From: the human T2T-CHM13v2.0 reference genome, Homo sapiens
NCBI RefSeq assembly: GCF_009914755.1
Contig: NC_060926.1
Length of the DNA: 64,000 nt
Strand: one strand, 5' to 3'
The notes beneath the pieces were generated by a model. That model was not told the DNA's origin. It searched no databases and saw nothing but the letters and a program-made list of their open reading frames with translations. Of the stretch, positions 1 through 17,515 are shown piece after piece; position 1 is the first letter of the stretch, and the number at the start of each line of letters is the position of its first letter. The position numbers and the translations under genes were made by a program.

Positions 1-890
1 AGACTGAAAGTCAGAGAGATAACTAGAATGATGAAGAATAGAAGTTTTCGACTTCAAAAGCCCTTGAAAACTTTCCTTCAGAATGCCACACCCATCTGCC
101 CATCCTCCTGTTAAGAACCCTGCTTTCCTTCAAGCATCAGTTTTCAAGAGAAAATAGGTTGACTTTTCCAGATCCGAATTGTGATTTTTCCATTTCTACT
201 ACAGGTCTTGCAACAGTAGGGTTTTCTGTCCTTCCCGTGTAGCTGAATGGCAGCCCAGCTTTGAGATGGGTTTAATGGGCATTTATTATGCCCCAACCTG
301 GAAAACTGAGCCCCATTCATAACCCTGAGTTCTCGACTTTCTATTGGCTCATTGTGTGAAATGCCAAACCACTTCATAGAAACATTTTGAAATCTAACCC
401 ATTGGAAAGTCGGGACAGCCTGACGAAGATATTTAAAGGAAAGGTCATGAGATGCTTTCTGAGCAGGATGGTGGCTGCTGCTTCTTGTTCCTGTTGCCAT
501 TTCAAACAGGCTAGTATATGAGAACTATCTGATTTCCCCAAAATGGAAATCCTGATCCTTGAAGAAGTCTTGAGGCTTCCGAAATGGGTTGTGCCAGTGG
601 CCTAAGGTTGGGGGAACGAGGTGTGGAGTGATGAGTTAAGTAGCGATGTGAGCACAGAGACTAGGCAGAGAGGATGTGAGGAGGCCGGGTTGAGTGGAGG
701 ATCTGGAGAGAGTTTTAGTGCCAAGACTGGAGACAGACCCAACTGACTTCTACCTGACAAGAAGGGCCCAGTGGAAACACATGGAGACTCCAGGCAGGTG
801 AATAATTTCATATCCTACCAAAGCCATATTCTTTTACTATGTTCCACTTTAGTGTAGCAGAAACTGATCTGTGCTTGGAGGAATGAGGGA

Positions 891-950
891 GTAGACAGAG
901 AAGAGGGTCCCCGTTACCAAGTAGGCAGAGAAGAGGGTCCCTGTTAGCAA
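891..950 (+). repeat. 30-bp tandem duplication (2 copies)
   Basis: gtagacagagaagagggtccccgttaccaa (891-920) vs gtaggcagagaagagggtccctgttagcaa (921-950), 27/30 identical. Confidence 0.9.
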
Positions 951-2049
951 CACTCCATCTCCTCTGAGCGGTTCAGCTCTCACCCCAATGAGACAAAAAC
1001 TCTGCAGAGACCTTCCCCACCTTCCTTAGAGACTGACTGCTATTATACTAGCCTGCTCTTTTGGGGGTATCCCTAATCACCCTATTGCAAACCACTCATT
1101 AAAACATGCAACTGTCCCATAGAGGAGTTGCAGATATGGTTTTCTTGGTCTCCTTTTATTTCCAGTGATGTTGGAGTGCCTCCGAAAGATGGCACCCTGG
1201 GAAGCTTCTGGGTGCTGGGCACTGAGCATGTTATCTCATTTCATCTCCCTGCCAGGGCACTATCATAAGCTCCATTCCACCTGGTGCAACTGAGGCTGAG
1301 GGCAGTTAGGTTAGCTGCCCAAGAGGTTAAGAGCTGCTGAGAGCTGTTGAGAGCTGCCATCCTACCTTGGAGCTGAGATCTGAATTCAGCTTCATCCATC
1401 TTAGTCTGAAGATCTTCACTTCCTCCCCTTCCTGCAGGACAAAATGGAAAGAAAAAGCCCTTGAGAACAGGAGGGTAGGACCTATGAGGGGCCATAGGGG
1501 GTGGAGGTTCGAACAGGGAGCTACGAGCCCACTCAGATATCCAGTGGGCAGCAGGGAGGAAGACTGCCTGCCCAGGACGGCCACAAAACAGCCCTGGGGG
1601 GGTGAGGGGGGTGTGAGGAGCCAGCATGGGAAAGTGAAGGAGCCTTGTTCTGTAGAGGGAAACCCCCTCCTCCGCAGCAGAAACACTAGAAGTGTCCACT
1701 GATAGAACAGGGTGGGCCTGGGTCAGCAAAAAGCCCAAGAGAGATCTTTGCAGGAGAAATCTCTCCTTCGGTGCTGGAATTGGAGAGTGAATAAAGTCCT
1801 TTGGGCCAGGTGGAGTCAGCAGTGCCGAAAGCCTGGGAGGTGGCCCTGGTTGGTCCCTCTTTTCCCATCTCCCCTCCTTCAGCTCCAGAGCCAAGGAGGG
1901 GCTGGCCGTCCGTTCCTGGCCTCACCAGCAGAGGTCTCCAGAGCAGGGAGCAGAGGGCTTGGGGTGGGGGAGGGAATGGAAGGATGCCCTGCACCTTCCG
2001 CCCTGCTCACAGATGTCCAGGGGTCCACTGCATGGGTGGTCTTGACTCA

Positions 2050-2290
2050 TGCATAGGTGTGTCTGTATTTGTGTGCATCCGTGTGGGGGTATGTAAGTGC
2101 GGGAAGTGGGTGTATGTGCATTTATGGGTGTGTAGGTGTCTGTGGGTGCATGCATGTTTGTAAGTGTGCTGGGTGGTGTCTCTGCGTGTATGTTTGCCCA
2201 TTCCATCTTCGCACATGTTGGCACTGCTTGTGGCCCTGCGTATATCTGTGTGCAAGTGAGTCCTGCATCATTTGTGCATAGTTGTCTATG
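2050..2290. repeat. TG-rich low-complexity tract
   Basis: Degenerate (TG)n/(TGTA)n runs. Confidence 0.75.
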
Positions 2291-2531
2291 CTTGGGCTTG
2301 TAAGGAGAGAGGAGAAAAATAAGTGACCTGGGGAAGGGGATGCTTTGACATCTCAACATTCTAGGAGGCAGGGATGTGGGGTCGTCTCTACTGTCCCATG
2401 TCCACACACACTGACCCAACCTGGCCACCTCCTGCCCCTTCCTTAGCACAGCCCCTGAATTTGTTTGTTAAAACCTCATTTACAGCAGGTGTTGCTGACA
2501 ACCAGTTCCCAGGAAGCAAGGCCTTCCAGAG

Positions 2532-2549
2532 CGCTCTCTCGCTCGCTCT

Positions 2550-2584
<35 letters not shown>

Positions 2585-2603
2585 TCCCTCTCTCTCTCTC
2601 TCT
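2532..2603. repeat. (CT)n microsatellite with CTCG variants
   Basis: gcgctctctcgctcgctctcgcg followed by (ct)n. Confidence 0.95.
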
Positions 2604-2653
2604 GTAGCTGGTAAACATTATTCTCATTGTTGCGGGGGGCAGTGGAGCCACAG

Positions 2654-2763
2654 AGTATGGTGGGAGGCAGAGAGCTGCAGTGGGGGAACCACATGCCCAT
2701 GGCTGACTCACCCATGGGTGAGCAAAGGCAGTGGCCATGAGGGAAAGTGCAAGGAAAAGCCCT
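2654..2763 (+). repeat. Source arm of ~110-bp inverted duplication (partner 3749-3863)
   Basis: Aligns to reverse complement of 3749-3863 with ~11 substitutions and 3 small indels. Confidence 0.9.
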
Positions 2764-2920
2764 GGACAAGGCCTAGCTCTGCTCCTGGCCTGAGGCCCTG
2801 CACTGGAGCTCAGTCAGTGCTGGGGGGCAGGCAGAAGGGAGGCCCCTTACCCATGTCACGCTGAAAATCCTTGCCGCAGGGAGTAGGGCAGAGTCTGGAG
2901 CCTACCACATGATGGGAAGG

Positions 2921-3640
<720 letters not shown>

Positions 3641-3748
3641 AAGAGGACAATCACAGACAGACTGGCAAAAGGGGGTGACATTCCTATTCCCCCCATGGTT
3701 TCACCCATTGAGGACCCGCATTCCTGCTGAAGAGCCCGCTGGCCCTGG

Positions 3749-3863
3749 AGGGCTTTCCCCTGTGCTTTCCCTCATGGCCACTGCCTTTCTCCCCGACACG
3801 GGTGAGCCAGCCATGGGCATGCATTTCCCCCACTGCAGCTCTCTACCTGCCTCCCACAATACT
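3749..3863 (-). repeat. Inserted inverted copy of 2654-2763, flanked by a 12-bp direct repeat
   Basis: ctggccctggag at 3739-3750 and 3862-3873 brackets the copy. Confidence 0.9.
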
Positions 3864-5029
3864 GGCCCTGGAGTGAGCAGCTCTTGGCACCAGGAACTAG
3901 GGCTCACTGGCTGGGTAAAGGGTCATTGTCCTCGCTTCTTACCCTCCCAGCAGCCCGTGGCCAGGCACCAGCTATGACCCCAGCTCACACCAAGCCCTTG
4001 AGCCCCTGAACCCCTGAGCCTCCCTCATCCCCACCCAACCGGCTCCACATCTAGCCCCCGCCAGACCTCAGGCTTGTGTCCACTCTCCCTGAACGCTCCT
4101 CTCTGGCTCTCCCTCAGTCCCCTTACCCCTCTGGATTCCCGTCCTGTCACGGCCCCCACTCCCGGCCCCAGAGGCTGTCTGTCTCTTCCTGACTGTGGGG
4201 CTCCACCCTGCTGGCTTCAGGCCCCCCAGCCCTCTCCACATGTGCGAAAACCACATGCATGGGCTCTCTTCGGCTCGCCACAGAAAGCCCAACAGCAGGA
4301 CCCAGAGTGAGGAGGATCACGCACGTTAGCCCAGCCGGGCCAGTGCTGGGGGGCCTGAGGGCACTGCCAGCCCCCCAGATGCCTTACAAAGCCAAACTCC
4401 CATCGTGGTCAGCCTCACATCTGGGATAAGGCTGGAAATTCCAATGGCTCTCGGCTGCTAAGAAATGTGTTGAATCTTCCCAGAGATTTGGTGGAAGTGG
4501 GAAGCATTGTGTGGTAGGGGTGGGGCCACTCCCGCCACAGGACTCCCAGAGCTCTGGGGAAGTCCAGATGGCACAATGTGTCCACAGTGGCTGTGTTGGT
4601 TCCCCCCGCCCCCTCTGCCTAGCTCCCCGCCCGCTGAAGATGAAAGGTGCCCAGGGCCAGGGTGCAGCTCATTTCTCGCTGGCACCCACAAGTCTGTCTA
4701 CTGGTGTGCATGTGAAACTCTGACGTTTCTGATAGAGACTTGAGTTATTTTTTCCTGGAGAGAAAAATGTTGACATGACTTTGGAGGATTGTCTGCCTAG
4801 AAAATCCCCAATGCACGAAGAAGACAAGTTCCTCCCCTTCTCACACACGCACCCCTGCGCACTCACGCACATTCCCTGGAGGCCCTGGTCTGTGGGCCTC
4901 CTTGGGGCCTCACCTCCGCCTCTAGCCCACGTCCATCCCGTGTGCGACAGGATTCCATAGAGCTGGGGCCTGCAGGGTCCCGGAGCAGGATCGGCCGCTG
5001 GCTAGTTCTGCGTCTCTAGGTGGAACCTA

Positions 5030-5510
5030 TACTTATTAGGTTTCTGCAGCTGCTGTAGCAAATCGCTACTAACCAAGGGCCTTAAACAACACACGTTTAT
5101 TCTCTTACAATTCTGGAGGCCAGCAGCCCTTAAATCAGTCTCAATGGGCTAATGTCAAGGTGTCGGCAGAGCTGGTTCCTTCTGGAGGCTCCAGGGGAGA
5201 ATCCACTTCCTTGCCTTTTTCAGTGTCTAGTGGCCACCTCTATTTCTCAGCTTGTGGTCCCTTCCTCCATCTTCAAAGAGCATCACTCTAATTTCGGATT
5301 CCTTCATCGTGTCACCTTCTTCTCTGATTCTGACTCCTTCTGCATCCCTCTTCCAAGGACACTGAGATTAGGTTGGGCACACCTGGGTTATCCCCATCTG
5401 GAGATCCTTGATTGCACGCGCTAAGTCCCTGTTGCCCTGTTAAGAGAACATATTCACAGGCTCTGGGGATAAGGATGTGAACGTGTTTGGGGGCCATTGT
5501 TCAACCTTCC
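5030..5510 (-). mobile_element. MaLR MLT1-type solo LTR
   Basis: gctgctgtagcaaa...ttattctcttacaattctggaggcc...caaggtgtcggcagagctgg...ggataaggatgtgaacgtgtttgggggccatt. Confidence 0.85.
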
Positions 5511-6849
5511 ATAGCCAGTGTCCCTCTCAGGGCCTCAAGCTTCAAGGGACAGTCTCCCTGGGCCTCTTCCAGCTCTGATGCTAAAACAAGAGTCTCTTGC
5601 CTTATCGGACGTCTGGTCAAATGGGCACGGCCCCTCCCCTCTCTACTCAGTGCTGAGTCCTGGGACTCGTCAGAATGGAGGTCCTCTCTACCCTGCAAGC
5701 AGCCCCAGGAGTCTGATGCCCTGATCTGGGGCCCTCAGCCCTCAGCCCGTGCTGAAGGAGATCCTCCATCTGTGAAGAGTTAACCCCAGCCCAACTTAGT
5801 TTAGGATCTTAATTTCAACCTTCCCTAAGGCAGAGTCCTCCTCTGCCCACCTGTGATGTGGGGAGAAGAATCCTAGACCCTACGCAAGGCTGCTGGGTAG
5901 GGAGTGGAGATCTCTGAATGGGAGAGGCAGGGCTATGAAACTCACTCCTAACAATAATCCACGTTGGCTTAAACTCCCAGAGCTCAGGCCACCCAGGCAC
6001 AGCCTGGCCTCCCCAGCAGTGTGCTGGGCTCTGGTCCCTGAAGTGCCCAAGAGCCCTTTGGAAGCCATGTGAGGCTGTTTACTATGGCAGAAGGGCTTCC
6101 TAGGGCAGATGGTACTGTGCTTTATGCCCAGAAACAGTAAAATGCTGAGTCTACCTACACATACCTATGGGAAGATGCAGCCACAGTTTGGTTCATGTTT
6201 TTCCACTGCTTAACATTTTTTCACTCTTCTCTCCTGGATAGCTCTCAGGCATCACCTCCTCCAGAAAGTCTTCCTTGAAGTCTGCGGAAACTAAATTCCC
6301 TCCTTGATGCTCCCTAAATCCCACAGACAGGTTCATTGTGTCCAGGTGAGGAACGGATTTTGTCCTCTAGACAAGAGAAAGCCACTCACTGCCTTGGAGG
6401 TGCTGAGAGTAGGAGAAGAGCAGTGTCTGCTGAGATGGTGCTGGGCTCTGCCAAGCCTGCCCTCCCGGAGGACCCTCACCCCACCTCACCTCTCCCGCAA
6501 CAGGAGGACCCAAGGCCAGGAGGGAAGACTTTATGATCTTGAAGAGTCAAAGCTTCTTGTCCCTGGGAGTAGGTCAAATCGCCTTCTCTTATCACCCAGA
6601 TGTTGCTGCCAAACTGCTACAGGACCCAGACCTAGGTGGGTGGCCACCTCACCCCCAGAGTGAGGTACCAGGTACCAGTGGGTCTACCCTGTATGCCAGA
6701 CTGAAGGTCAGGACAAAGCTGGAACCAGCTGTGTGCAGCTGGAGGTAGGGCAAGTGTGCCTAGCTCTCTGGAATCTTTGCTTTCTCTGGTCAGATTATCC
6801 CAGCAGGGCTCCAGATCTCACCAGAACCCTTTAGTGGCTCCCTCTGCAT

Positions 6850-7740
<891 letters not shown>

Positions 7741-8289
7741 GTCACCCCACTGAACGCCTACCATGTACCAGAAACTCCTGGGTGCTGGAAGGAGCCAAAG
7801 AGGCAAGAAGCCACAGCTCATCAGCCTTGCAGGGCAGATGTGTCAGCAAGGGCCACGTGCTGGAGTGGCGGGGGGGGGTGCCAGGGCAGTCAGGTGATCA
7901 GACTCTGCTTTTTAAGAGTGGATGGACCCCCAGAGACCACCCAATCTAGTCCATCTAAAAGGGTGTTGGGGCCCCTTTCAGAGCTCTGGGTGGTGGCACT
8001 GGAACCAGAAGCCCTCTCTCCTGGTTGTAGCTCATGCCCTTTCCATGAACCCCCTGCCTTGATGATGGCCATGTCTCAGCCACCTCTGTGTCCCCAGCTA
8101 CACAGTGACTGATGTGAGGGGAGTGAGCAGGGGGCAGCTGAAGCCCTGAGACAGAGAGAGCCCACCAGAGAAGTGTCCAGAAGGCAGCTTGTGCTGGCAT
8201 GACAGTTGGGTCATGTGCTGGCCTGACTCCGGAGCTGGGGCCAGGTTTTCTCATGATCCCTTCCACGGCAGAGGAGTCAAGAGAAAGAT

Positions 8290-8430
8290 CTGGGCCTGAG
8301 TCCTGGCTCTGCCTCTTATTAGCTGTGTGTGTGGCCACTTTGAGCTCCCATTTTCTCACCAGCAAAATGGAAACAATTGGGCACACCTCATAGGTTTGTT
8401 TTGAAGACTCAACACGATGATGTATGAGGA
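8290..8430 (+). mobile_element. MIR fragment
   Basis: gagtcctggctctgcctcttattagctgtgtg...ttttctcaccagcaaaatgg. Confidence 0.65.
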
Positions 8431-8589
8431 GTCTACAGTTCTGCAGCTGGCCCCCGGCGCTCTGTAATGAATGGTGGCTGCAGGCGCAAGTTTTCATCAT
8501 CCCAGCCCCCTCGCCCTTCCATCTTCTCACTCCTGTTCTATGGGCTCAACCGTCTGGAATCAGGAAAGCAATCTGATTAGTCAGATTTC

Positions 8590-9045
8590 GCACTGATTCC
8601 AGCCCAAGCCTACCCAAAGAGATTCTGATTGATTCCGTCTAGGATGAGTTCTAAAACTCTTTATTTTTATTAATCTTTTTTTTTTTTTTTTTGAGACAAG
8701 AGTCTCGCACTGTCACCCAGGCTGGAGTGCAGTGCAGTGGCGCTATCTCGACTCACTGCCACCTTTGCCTCCCAAGTTCAAGCAATTCTCCTGCCTCTGC
8801 CTCCGAGTAGCTGGGGTTACAGGTATGCACCACCACACCCAGCTAATTTTTGTATTTTTAGTAGAGACAGCATTTCCCCATGTTGGCCAGGCTGGTCTCG
8901 AATTCTTGACCTCAAGTGATCTGCCCGCCTGGGCCTCCCAAAGTGCTAGGATTACAGGCGTGAGCCACTGCACCCGGCCATAATCTTTATTTTTTAACAA
9001 ACATCCTGGGTGATCCTGATGTTTAGCCAAGTTTGGGAGCCACTG
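8590..9045. mobile_element. MER5-like hAT-Charlie DNA transposon relic, interrupted by an Alu
   Basis: agagattctgatt...tttttaacaaacatcctgggtgatcctgatg...agtttgggagccactg. Confidence 0.6.
8676..8979 (-). mobile_element. Alu (AluS)
   Basis: Poly-T then antisense Alu; taatcttt repeated on both sides. Confidence 0.95.
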
Positions 9046-10399
9046 GAATAAGTGATGATGAAATTTTATTTTAATAAAAGCCAACTTGTGCCCTTGAAAA
9101 TAGGGGTTTGCCTCTTCCCATGGTCCCTGGAACCAACCACAGCAAGTAGGGCCCCCTCACTCCCCATGGGGAGGGTGGCATTCCTTCACAGCAGCTCTAA
9201 TGGACGGAGTAGGGGTGGCACCAGCTGTGTCCCCTCCTGCAGCTGTTTCAATGCCATGGCCCAGTGGAAATCACTGTGAAAGTCATTCTCCACATCTCCC
9301 AAAGCTGGACCAGGTGGCAACTGGCTGGAGGAGCTGATCCCACCAGACAAGAGGCCTCTGTGAGCCAAGGAAATACACCCACCCACCTCCACTCAGCACA
9401 GGGCTCCCCCAGATCCTGCCTTCCTCAGCCAACAACTGCCTTTTGTCCCAAATCAGTTCATCCCCCTTGACTGGGAGATGTCTTTGCTCTGCATCAGGAA
9501 CAGCTCTTGCTTCTCTGCACGCTCACTCAGGGCTGTTGGCTTTGGGAGGTGGTCAGGGCTGGATTCCATCTCGGCCCAGGGACACCCCCGGGCCTGGAAC
9601 AGAGCTGCTCTGGGAAAACACGGGTGGAGGGGGATAGGGAAGCTGTGCATTGCGGCCTCTGCAGACTCCACTCCTCCCTGAGAATGACAGTGGGTGGGGC
9701 TTTCCCTGCCTCAGGTAATTCAGCTTTTTATGAGCTGCAGGGAGACGCAAAGCAGGGATTTGGCCCAGGAAGAGAGGAAAGGCACTGAATGAGAGAACAG
9801 TCCTTCGCCAAGGACACAGGACTGTTGACGTGGGAGAGATGGGCGCAGCCTCTGGACCTGCGCCACGACGAGGAGGAAATGGTTTTCACTGAAAAACAAA
9901 GTTGAAAAACAGTTTACTGAAGGGAAGAGAAAGAGGAAAGGAAAAAAAAAAAAAAACCACCTCAAACTGTCTGATCATCAAAATCACCTGGGCAGCTTGT
10001 TAAAAATACAGATTCCAAAACTCATTCCAAGTCAATAAAATATTATTCTTGGTAGCTCTGGGCTTCTTTTCCTTGTGGTTAAAAAATGCAGGTTCCAACT
10101 CAGCCAGCTGGAAGACCCTTGGGCGAGTCGGTGTCTGGGTTGAGGGGAAGCAAGACCTATGGAGTCAACACAACAGATTATGTTTCTAGTTTTCTAGTTG
10201 GATTTGGGGGAGAAAGGAGGGAAGGAGACACAACAGGCTCAGGAAAAAACTCCTAAAAGCCACTTCCCTCCAGGCAGGACGGTCTTCCACTGGCTGAGCC
10301 TGTCCAATCCGTGTCTCCTTTCTCGGGCCAGTCTCCTGGTGAATCCTCACTCTCCCGTTTCCTCCTCTTCTCCCCTCCCACCATGGGGCCCTTGTCACC

Positions 10400-10860
10400 C
10401 GTGGAAGTCTGAGTGATGCCCCCACAGATGTTCATGTCTTTAGGCCCAGAATCTGTCCATGACACCTCGTATAGGGCTTTCACCTGTGATTAGATTAAGC
10501 CTCTTGAGACGGGGACATTATCCTGCGTGATCTGGGTGGACCTCATGGAATCACAAGGGTCCTTCTGAAAGGGATGTAGGAGTCAGGCAGAAGGTGACCT
10601 GATGGAGGAGCAGATTGGAGTGGTGCTCTTTGAAGATGGAGGAAGGAGCCACAAGCCGAGAAACTGAGCCAGAAAAGGCAAGAAAACAGATTCTTTTCTG
10701 GAGCCTCCAGAAGGAACCAGCCCGACTGACACCTTCACGTTAGCCCAGCGAGACTGATTTTGGGCTTCTGGCCTCCAGAACTGTAAGAGAATAATGTGTG
10801 TTGTTTAAGCCCCTCAGTTTGAAGTGGTTTGTTACCATGACAGCCGCAGGAATCAAATGC
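10400..10860 (+). mobile_element. MaLR MLT1-type solo LTR
   Basis: ctttgaagatggaggaaggagccacaagcc...gagcctccagaaggaaccagccc...cttctggcctccagaactgtaagagaataa...tgttgtttaagcc. Confidence 0.85.
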
Positions 10861-10949
10861 CCCCGACCTCTATCCTGTCCACTTTACCAGCCCGGCCCCT
10901 GCCAGGGTCTCCCGGGACCAAATGCTTGCCGGCCCTGGGCCCTCCTTAG

Positions 10950-11625
10950 AGCCTGTCTCTCTTGGCCTCCCATCAATATGTGATATTTTCTCCGTTGGTC
11001 GTTCTTAAATCTTGTGACAGCCCACTCCACTGGTGTTCCTCATGCCTTGATGCTCCTCCTTAGCCCCCTTCCAGCACTTTCCAGCCCCACCTCTTACCCC
11101 ACCTTCAACATGGCCATGTGGCCCAGGGTCCTCTTCTGAACCCTCTTCTCACTCTCTGCTTTCTCTACTTCCCAGTGATAATCCCAGATCAAGGCCATGG
11201 GTCCACACCCTAATAACGATGGGTCCCTTATGCTCTCCTCAGCAAACAGGTATTAATATATTCCCTGCCTGTTGAAATCCAATTCACCTGTTCATCCCTC
11301 AATGCCCCACTCAAATGTCACCTCCTCCAGGAAGCCTCCCCTATCTGTCATGCCATATGCTTGTTAACAGTGTCCATCCGTCGACCCCATGGGATTGTGT
11401 GCCTAATTTATAAATTGAACTTAGAAGCTAGGATCTACAATATTTTGAGACATAGAGAGAAAAACTATGCTCACATAACTTTCATTGCAGCATATTGTTA
11501 TAATTGATCTATTTTATTATTGTTGTTGTTCATCTCTTACTGTGCCGAATTTATAAAATCAACTTAGAAGCAGAGTCATGACCTAGTCAGCCCTGGACTC
11601 TCAGCACCCGGCACAGTGGAACCCA
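10950..11625 (+). mobile_element. L2 fragments, interrupted by a templated MER44 copy at 11398-11571
   Basis: ctcaaatgtcacctcctccaggaagcctccc and cagcacccggcacagtgg L2 3' motifs. Confidence 0.55.
11398..11571 (+). repeat. Locally copied MER44 fragment with internal 31-bp reiteration
   Basis: 11426-11565 matches 12568-12707; 11398-11428 matches 11541-11571 at 28/31. Confidence 0.85.
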
Positions 11626-11829
11626 GCTCTGGGACATGCTCTCCCTCCTCACTGCCATAAACACCTGAGCAGGTGTTGGAGCTGTGGAAGCTGCCCTCTG
11701 CCATTCTGCTGCCTTCTGGCCTAGGCCAGGCTGTCACAGTGGGGTTCACTTCCCTTAAAGAATCATAAGAATAGATGTCAAGTTTCCATTCTGGCCACAC
11801 TGGCCTCCTGACTCCTACTCCAACAGGCC

Positions 11830-12831
<1,002 letters not shown>

Positions 12832-12834
12832 AAC

Positions 12835-13660
<826 letters not shown>

Positions 13661-14082
13661 TACAGTTTTTAATGCTATTAGTTTATTTTAATGGGGAAAT
13701 AATTCATTGATTACTTGTCTGTTTTTCACTGAGGCAGGTGGAGTGGTGTGAAGGAAAGCTTGGGGCTGCCAAGCCAATGTATCTGCTCTTGGAGCCTGGG
13801 AGCTTCTTGGGTCCTGAGAGGCCTTTTATGTGTGTGAGGTGCCAGTTCTCTGAAATGAGTGCTGTGGCTTGGGGGTGCGCTGGAATATTTTTTATCAGGA
13901 GCCTGGACCAAGGGCTAGAGCACTCTCCATATGTCATGGTGGGTCCTACCTGAAAGGGGAGGTCGTTTTCAAGATCAGGTACCTGAGGAAGAAGCGGGTC
14001 TTCAAAATAGAAGGTGAACCTGAAAAGAAGGTGATAAAAATTATGATGGGACAAAGGACTTGGTGGGGTCTCTGTCCCCTCA

Positions 14083-14601
<519 letters not shown>

Positions 14602-14839
14602 CTATGTTTGGCCCACAGAATTAAAAAAGTGGTGGCATCCCTGGGGCCCAGCCAGAAAGAAGCCGTGGGAATGAAGAAAAGTGACCCAAAGAGGAGAGTG
14701 CACAGAGGGAGGTGGAGTGAGGGCTGACTGAGCCAGCTGTCTCTCCTACCCAGGAATTCTTCCTGAGCTAAATCTCGGAGATTCTGGTTTGTAAAGTAAT
14801 AGCTCTCCTTATATTTGTCTATTGTGTAAGTGCATGATT

Positions 14840-15600
<761 letters not shown>

Positions 15601-17329
15601 TAGGGTTCGTTTCCATCCCTGGGCAGATCCCGAGGAAGGCTGGGTTGTTCTGGAGGTCTTGGCGCTGGGCCCTGCACTCCAAGCTTCAGGGCCTCCCAGA
15701 CCCTTAGTGCACGTTCCACTACACTAAATCACCCCGCCCCTCCTCTCCCCACTCTGCCCCAGGCTTTGGACTCACCCAGGAGAATGAATTACACCTCCCA
15801 GCCGGACGTGAGGCCATTTGTCTTGTGCTCTGGAATCCTGATTAGATAAAATCTGAACAGAGCACATTTACTTATTTAGTGTATTTCTGGGTGGGTGGGT
15901 CCTAGCCCTTGGGGATCACCTTCTCCAGATCAGGGTGAAGAGTTTACAGAAGGGAGGAGCAGGTCACATATCCAGAGCAACCAGCTCAGGCATTCACCCT
16001 GCGGGGTCACAGGAACCCCACCGTCCCCAGCTCAGGCCCACTCCACTCCAGCTCCAATCTCCCCAGTCCTGCCTCCCCGCCTCCAGCTCAGGAAGCTTTA
16101 GGCGTTGGTTGCTCATCATATGGCTGAGGCTGGCAGAAAGAAGGACTAGGTGCCCAGTGATGTGGCCACATCGCACCTCTGGCGGGAAGTGGACTCTCTC
16201 CGACCCCCCTTGGGGGCTCTGGTGGCCTCTGCGGGACCTCGGGTTGTCTGAGCACACGCACCCTCGCCCTCTCTGGGACCTGATGCCTCGATTTAGGCTC
16301 AGACCCTGTAAATGCCCCTTGAGAGCCCTCAAGGATCCAGGGTTCTCTTGTCCTCAAAGAAGCAGAACATACCTGCTCACCAGCCTGCAGCTTGTCCTGT
16401 GTGTCCCGTCTCCTCAAGTACGGAGAGGCCAGGGCTTCCTGAATCTCATCAGATCCGAATCTCCCCAGATCTCATCAGGGCCTCTTCCCAGGAGACACCA
16501 ACTCTCAAGGTCTGGAGACACACCTGGAACCTGTATTTTCCCAAATGGTCCTCCTGGCTCTTCCCACAGAACTGTCTTCTTGTCCCTGGTCTCCACTGAT
16601 GGGGAACAAGGCATGTGACCCCCTGGGTCGGGCAGGCCCAAGGCAGGCGAGGCAGTGAGAAGCAGGCGAGGGGATAGGGCTGCTTGCTCAGGTAACTTGG
16701 GTTCAGGAGGTTTGGCAGCCGAGCTGCCTCTCCTGGCAGCGGGGCTTGGCCAAGGGCAATGTGCAGCCACACAAAGCCATCCTCACAAAGCCACCCTCAC
16801 AGCCTCTCTGGCCGAGAGTCCCTGGGCGCTCACTTGCCGGGATGCACAGGCACGCCTCTGGCCAGGCCGGGCCTGCGGGGGTTTGTGGCCTGGAGAATCA
16901 AAGAGCCGCCCTCAGCTCGGAGAACACTTCCTCTAGAAGGCTCTGGTAACAGCACACCGGGTCTGAGGAGAAAGAGCCTCTGTGGGCCACGGTGGGTCTT
17001 TGCCCACAGAGGCTCACACACCACCCCTCCTGTTCCAACACCACCCCCTGCCCGGCCCCAGTTCTCCTACCAGCCCAGGGGACTCAGGTGGGCCAGACCT
17101 TTTCACACTGCCCCTCCCACACACACCACAGCAAGAGGGTGAGCCTCCCTCTTTCTCTGCCGGGGTCTCTGGGGCCTCCCACGACGGGGGTGGGTGGTGC
17201 CATAAGCCCTGGGTGCCTGTGGGCGGTGGTCCCACAGATGCCCTGCTCAGTTCCAGACATAGTTGTTATTTGGACTTTTCACATCAAAGTAATTAATTAA
17301 ATATGCAATAGAATACATTCTCTTCCTCA

Positions 17330-17515
17330 GTCAGTGGCAACCCCATCCCTTCATTCACTGAGGCCGAAACCTTGGATAGCCGTCCTGGAGTTTTTCAGAC
17401 CCATGTCCAAACCACTGGAGCATCTTGTCAGCAGGATTCCAACTTCTTCCAGAGCCCACCCGCCTCTCACCACCTCTCTGTCATTTCCCACCTGGATGAT
17501 TACAACAGTCCCTGT
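17330..17515 (+). mobile_element. L2 fragment
   Basis: gccgaaaccttgga...cctctcaccacctct...tcatttcccacctggatgattacaacagtcc. Confidence 0.55.

Noticed and set aside
1182-1195. CTCF-like motif CCGAAAGATGGCAC (also weak candidates near 43385 and 52368)
   Set aside because: Each has mismatches at informative core positions; not supportable without a PWM scan or ChIP data.
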